Positions 43,753 to 47,142 of a stretch of DNA of 47,142 nt are shown here, in pieces. Under the pieces are notes generated by a model that worked only from the letters and a program-made list of their open reading frames with translations, searched no databases and had not been told where the DNA came from. Source of the stretch: a virus. Lineage: Duplodnaviria > Caudoviricetes. The first letter of the stretch is position 1. Each line of letters opens with the position of its first letter. The position numbers were made by a program, and so were the translations under genes. The stretch spans positions 1-47,142 of IMG/VR virus record IMGVR_UViG_3300049192_000034; one strand, given 5' to 3'.

Positions 43753-44792
43753 CAGGTTTCGAGGATGTCCTTGAGGATGCCGTGCGCGTTGCGGCGACGG
43801 ACGGCCATCTGGCAGTACACCTTCATGGTGAACTTGTCCGAGTCGCCGGTCTTCGCCATGGCTTCGATACGAGCGAGCATGCCGAGCGCGTTCGCGCCCC
43901 ACTCACCCGCCAGCTCCTTCGCCTTCTCGACGGTCGCGGTGTTCGTCCCGGGCTGCGGGAGCACCTCGATGTCGATGAACGAGCGGTTCAGCATGAACAG
44001 CTTGCCGGCGGGGCAGTTGCGATCGCGGAAGATCGGAATCCCCTTGTACGCGAGACCGGTAAAACCGCTGTGGTCGTTGAGGACCGAGCGCGCACCGTTG
44101 CCCGACTGCACGGCGCTGATGTCGCCCGTGGGGACGACCCAACGCGAGTTCGCGTCGAGCAGCGACTCGTACTTACGAGCAATCGCCGGGGTCGTCACGA
44201 TGAGGTCCGGCGCCATGCCACACGCTTCGTAGATGTCCTCTTCGAGGTTATCGAGGAGGCTCTTGGTAAGCGCGCGCGAGACACCACCGTTCGCGAGTTC
44301 CGAGGAGACCCACTCACTGTAGGTGCCGGGGACGACACCCGCGTAGGTGCCCGAGCCCGCAACAGCCGATTCGAGACCGACGATCGCCGAGGTGCCGGTG
44401 AAGAAGTCCGCGTTGAGCGTGCTCGCGAGCTTCATGCCCTTGGTAGCGGCATTGGTCTCGATGAGCGCCATCAGCTCGGCAGCCGACCCGACCGACGACG
44501 CGGCAGCGGCCTGGGCGAGACCCGAGACGCTGAACGACGTGCGGTAGAGACCCCACGAGAGGGTCGCAGCAACCGGCGTGTCGACGTCGTACGTCGAGAC
44601 GTCCGCGCCGTCGCTGTAGCTCGCGGCAGTGCCCGCGGAGAAGTGGACGTCCCAAGCAACGTTCTTCCCCTTGCCGACCTTCTTCGGCAATGCAGCCGTG
44701 AGGACGGAGAGTCGGTTGAACTGGGAAACAAGCTTCGGCGCGTAGAGCTGCGAAAGAGCCGAGCTAACGGTCGAAAGAGTCTGGTCAGCCAT
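43752..44792 (-). CDS. Major capsid protein
   Basis: 346 aa after the scaffold; GFTGLAYKGIPIFRDRNCP..RRRNAHG, HK97-fold-like. Confidence 0.85.
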   Translation of the reverse strand: MADQTLSTVSSALSQLYAPKLVSQFNRLSVLTAALPKKVGKGKNVAWDVHFSAGTAASYSDGADVSTYDVDTPVAATLSWGLYRTSFSVSGLAQAAAASSVGSAAELMALIETNAATKGMKLASTLNADFFTGTSAIVGLESAVAGSGTYAGVVPGTYSEWVSSELANGGVSRALTKSLLDNLEEDIYEACGMAPDLIVTTPAIARKYESLLDANSRWVVPTGDISAVQSGNGARSVLNDHSGFTGLAYKGIPIFRDRNCPAGKLFMLNRSFIDIEVLPQPGTNTATVEKAKELAGEWGANALGMLARIEAMAKTGDSDKFTMKVYCQMAVRRRNAHGILKDILET

Positions 44793-44835
44793 TTACGAAT
44801 ACACCCTGTGAACCGCGCCGATGCGTAAGAAAGTG

Positions 44836-45471
44836 TCAGCGATTGCCCGTAAACCAATCGGTCAGGACAGCGCGTGCACCTGCATCCGGATCGGGCGGCG
44901 CGTTGCCCCGTCCGCTGCTAGTAACTGGCCTATCCCCGGAGCCACTCGTGCCGCGCGGAGGTAGGTAAAGCTTTGCGTCTTCCGACTTGAGCCAATCACT
45001 CACGCCGGTTTCGAAATCGACCTCGCCAAAGGCGAGGGTTTCGCCGTCCCATTTGACGGACTTCTGTGCGTCAACCAGGAAGCCAATCGCGTGTTTCGCG
45101 CGCTGCCCGTCGATGCCTGCCGCGGCCAGGCGCTCTGCAACCTTGGACCGCAGGTCCCGATCGCGCAGCTTCTCCTGCTCGGCCTTCTTCTCGTTCTCTG
45201 CGGCCTCGAGACGCTTCTGCATCTCTTCCAGGCGCTTCATGAGACCCTTGTTGGTCGGGTGCTCCGGACTCTCCTCGGGGGGAGGCGCAGCGGGCTGGAA
45301 CTTGCCTGAGAGCTCGCTGAGCTTCTGTTCGAGAGTCTTCTCGAACGACTTCGAACGAGCGCTGATTGCCTGATTAACAATCTTCGTAACCATGTCCAAC
45401 GTCAGTGCTTCGGGCGCACTCGTACCCTGCGGTGCTTCGGGTGCACCGTTACCCTGCGGCTTGTCGTCCAT
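44836..45471 (-). CDS. Capsid scaffolding protein
   Basis: Charged coiled coil with GTSGSG tail; upstream of the MCP; GGAGG RBS. Confidence 0.8.
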   Translation of the reverse strand: MDDKPQGNGAPEAPQGTSAPEALTLDMVTKIVNQAISARSKSFEKTLEQKLSELSGKFQPAAPPPEESPEHPTNKGLMKRLEEMQKRLEAAENEKKAEQEKLRDRDLRSKVAERLAAAGIDGQRAKHAIGFLVDAQKSVKWDGETLAFGEVDFETGVSDWLKSEDAKLYLPPRGTSGSGDRPVTSSGRGNAPPDPDAGARAVLTDWFTGNR

Positions 45472-45494
45472 GACGACCTCCGTGTGTGTTGCCC

Positions 45495-45596
45495 CCGAGG
45501 GAGCGGGTTAGGCGACGAAGCCGCTTCGCAGGAAGCCTCGGCTATCCTGTCGAATCCACCCTAATGCCTGTGGCCGCTTGGGCGGCTGGCCCTCGG
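45495..45596 (-). ncRNA. Putative structured cis-regulatory RNA
   Basis: Closing stem CCGAGGG/CCCTCGG enclosing several nested stems. Confidence 0.4.
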
Positions 45597-45630
45597 TCGT
45601 CAGACCGCGTCGCGATGGGCCGTCACTCAA

Positions 45631-46146
45631 TCACGGCCCGATGATCTTGATCGAGCGCGTGGTAAACGCAGCAGCAATGTGCGCGTTGATGTCGGTCTTG
45701 AGCTCGTTGAGGAGCGTATTCAAAGACGACTGGTCCGACGCGTTCACGGCGGCGATCGTGTTCGTCGCGTCCGCCGTGTAGTGGTACGTCGTCGACGCGC
45801 GGTGCACTTCGTAATCGGCCTTGATCGCGTTCGCGAGCGTGATGCCGGTCGCAAGGTCCGAGGCCGCAGTCAACGCCGGAGCAGCGTCCGCGAGCTTGTG
45901 AGCCACAGCGTCCGCAAGGTGCGTCTCGTAAACGAGCTTGAGTTCGTTCGCGAGGGTGATGGACGTTGCGAGGTCCGACGCGTTCGCGCTCGCCACCGCG
46001 AGCGTCGCGCCCGCCTCGGTCTCCGTGCAGGTCACGTCCGCGTGAACCTTGGAGTTGTTGGCCGCAATCTCGCGCTTGAACTCGTTAAACTGTGCCGCAA
46101 CCGCAGAAGCGAGCAGGTCCGGGATATTACGAACAGGACGACCCAT
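45631..46146 (-). CDS. Head-region protein with three internal helical repeats
   Basis: ASDLATSITLANELK..H / ASDLATGITLANAIK..H / ASDQSSLNTLLNELK..H. Confidence 0.7.
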   Translation of the reverse strand: MGRPVRNIPDLLASAVAAQFNEFKREIAANNSKVHADVTCTETEAGATLAVASANASDLATSITLANELKLVYETHLADAVAHKLADAAPALTAASDLATGITLANAIKADYEVHRASTTYHYTADATNTIAAVNASDQSSLNTLLNELKTDINAHIAAAFTTRSIKIIGP

Positions 46147-46159
46147 AGTATCTAATCCT

Positions 46160-46612
46160 TCAGCGAGGGTCGCTCGGACCCGAGAACATGAAATCGAGCA
46201 CGATCGCAGCGCCCGCAGACGTGCCCGCACCCGCGATACAACGCACCCGCAGGCGGTCGCCCCAGTGACCCACCCAGCCCGTGTCGCCCGTAAGAACCGA
46301 CGTGGTGGCGGTGCCCGAGGTCACGCGCCCGATGGTCGCAACCGTGTTATCGAGCACCGGAACAGCGCGCTTCACGACCGCAGCAGCACCCGCTGCGAGC
46401 TGAGCGAATCGACCGTATTCGAACCACGACGTGCCACCGTCTGCGCTCGACTCGACAATCACGTCCAGCGTGCCGCCCGTCGCACCCACGAGCTGGGCAA
46501 CCACGGTAAGAGTGCTGTACTTATCGAGCCCGAAATCGCTGATGGTGCCGAGGACCGCAGCGGTGCTCGCAGCACTCGGGGTCGTGCCCGAAATCTTATG
46601 AAACACGAACAT
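46160..46612 (-). CDS. Hypothetical beta-rich virion protein
   Basis: TLDVIVESSADGGTSW..DRLRVR. Confidence 0.65.
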   Translation of the reverse strand: MFVFHKISGTTPSAASTAAVLGTISDFGLDKYSTLTVVAQLVGATGGTLDVIVESSADGGTSWFEYGRFAQLAAGAAAVVKRAVPVLDNTVATIGRVTSGTATTSVLTGDTGWVGHWGDRLRVRCIAGAGTSAGAAIVLDFMFSGPSDPR

Positions 46613-47142
46613 TAGGCAGCCTCGGAATCCCTGGAAGTGATGATGGTGGCGCTCGCAGGGAAGAACACGATCGTGCTCATGCAGCGGCAGCCTGGGTGCA
46701 CAGAGCCGGGCTCATGCCCCTGCCGGAACGACTTGCCGATCTGAGTTTCTTCGGCATCGTGAAACAGACACACGGCGCAGACCCTACGGTCCAAGCGAGC
46801 ATCCCAGCGCCGGAACACTCGCGTGCGCCAGGGGGCATCCGGCTCCTGGTCTCGGAGCGCCACCCACGCGCGACGGTGTTCGTCGCTGTGAGCGCTGGCG
46901 TTCTCCGTGATGACCGTACGTTCGATACGCGCCTTGAGCGCCGCAGAGGGGTCGACCGGCTTGCGGCCGACGATCCTCGACAGAGCGTGCTGCAGCCACA
47001 CCACACCGAGCGACTGCGCGGCAGCGTGCGCCATCGCGTCGTCCACCGCGGAGTCCGTGGCGAGTATCAGGCCAGCAGCACCGACCACCGCGGCCTCCTT
47101 GGCGACCTGCTTACGGGCTGCCTCACGTGCCCTGCGTCGGGT
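46612..47142 (-). CDS. Minor head protein (Mu gpF / SPP1 gp7-like), 5' truncated
   Basis: W...D.RVC..C...HPGCRC motif; frame stays open to the window edge. Confidence 0.8.
   Translation of the reverse strand, partial: TRRRAREAARKQVAKEAAVVGAAGLILATDSAVDDAMAHAAAQSLGVVWLQHALSRIVGRKPVDPSAALKARIERTVITENASAHSDEHRRAWVALRDQEPDAPWRTRVFRRWDARLDRRVCAVCLFHDAEETQIGKSFRQGHEPGSVHPGCRCMSTIVFFPASATIITSRDSEAA

Noticed and set aside
42486-44828. 780-aa plus-strand ORF
   Set aside because: Antisense shadow of the capsid and neck genes, expected in GC-rich DNA; no recognisable motifs
45590-45604. CTGACGA next to a stem, resembling a hammerhead ribozyme core
   Set aside because: The required GAAA after stem II is absent (the sequence reads GGGC)

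Overview
This GC-rich (about 65%, estimated by eye) window is most of a temperate tailed-phage genome in its free, attP-intact form. Portal and terminase are absent and probably lie beyond the right edge. From left to right: an AT-rich origin-like segment; a leftward early operon (Cro-like, CII-like, small ORFs, Xis-like, tyrosine integrase, HNH, NTP pyrophosphatase, DNA MTase, metallophosphoesterase, SF2 helicase, GIY-YIG, VRR-NUC, primase-SF3 helicase); an immunity switch; a rightward recombination operon (PD-(D/E)XK nuclease, Sak4-like ATPase, SSB-like) with a tRNA-like RNA; and a leftward late operon (head, contractile tail, baseplate, tailspike, lysis, plus ClpP, trypsin-like, MTase and phosphoesterase cargo). 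A Myxococcota host is inferred, not shown. Most notable: (1) attP, matching a tRNA 3' end, lies inside the integrase gene and inside the operon feeding the replication genes; (2) a circularly permuted Cas4/AddB-type nuclease; (3) an aberrant tRNA-like RNA; (4) a degenerate ImmA-like gene antisense to the repressor; (5) a structured RNA upstream of the scaffold/capsid genes; (6) two frameshifts in the tail module. All calls come from motif recognition by eye; no database searches were run.
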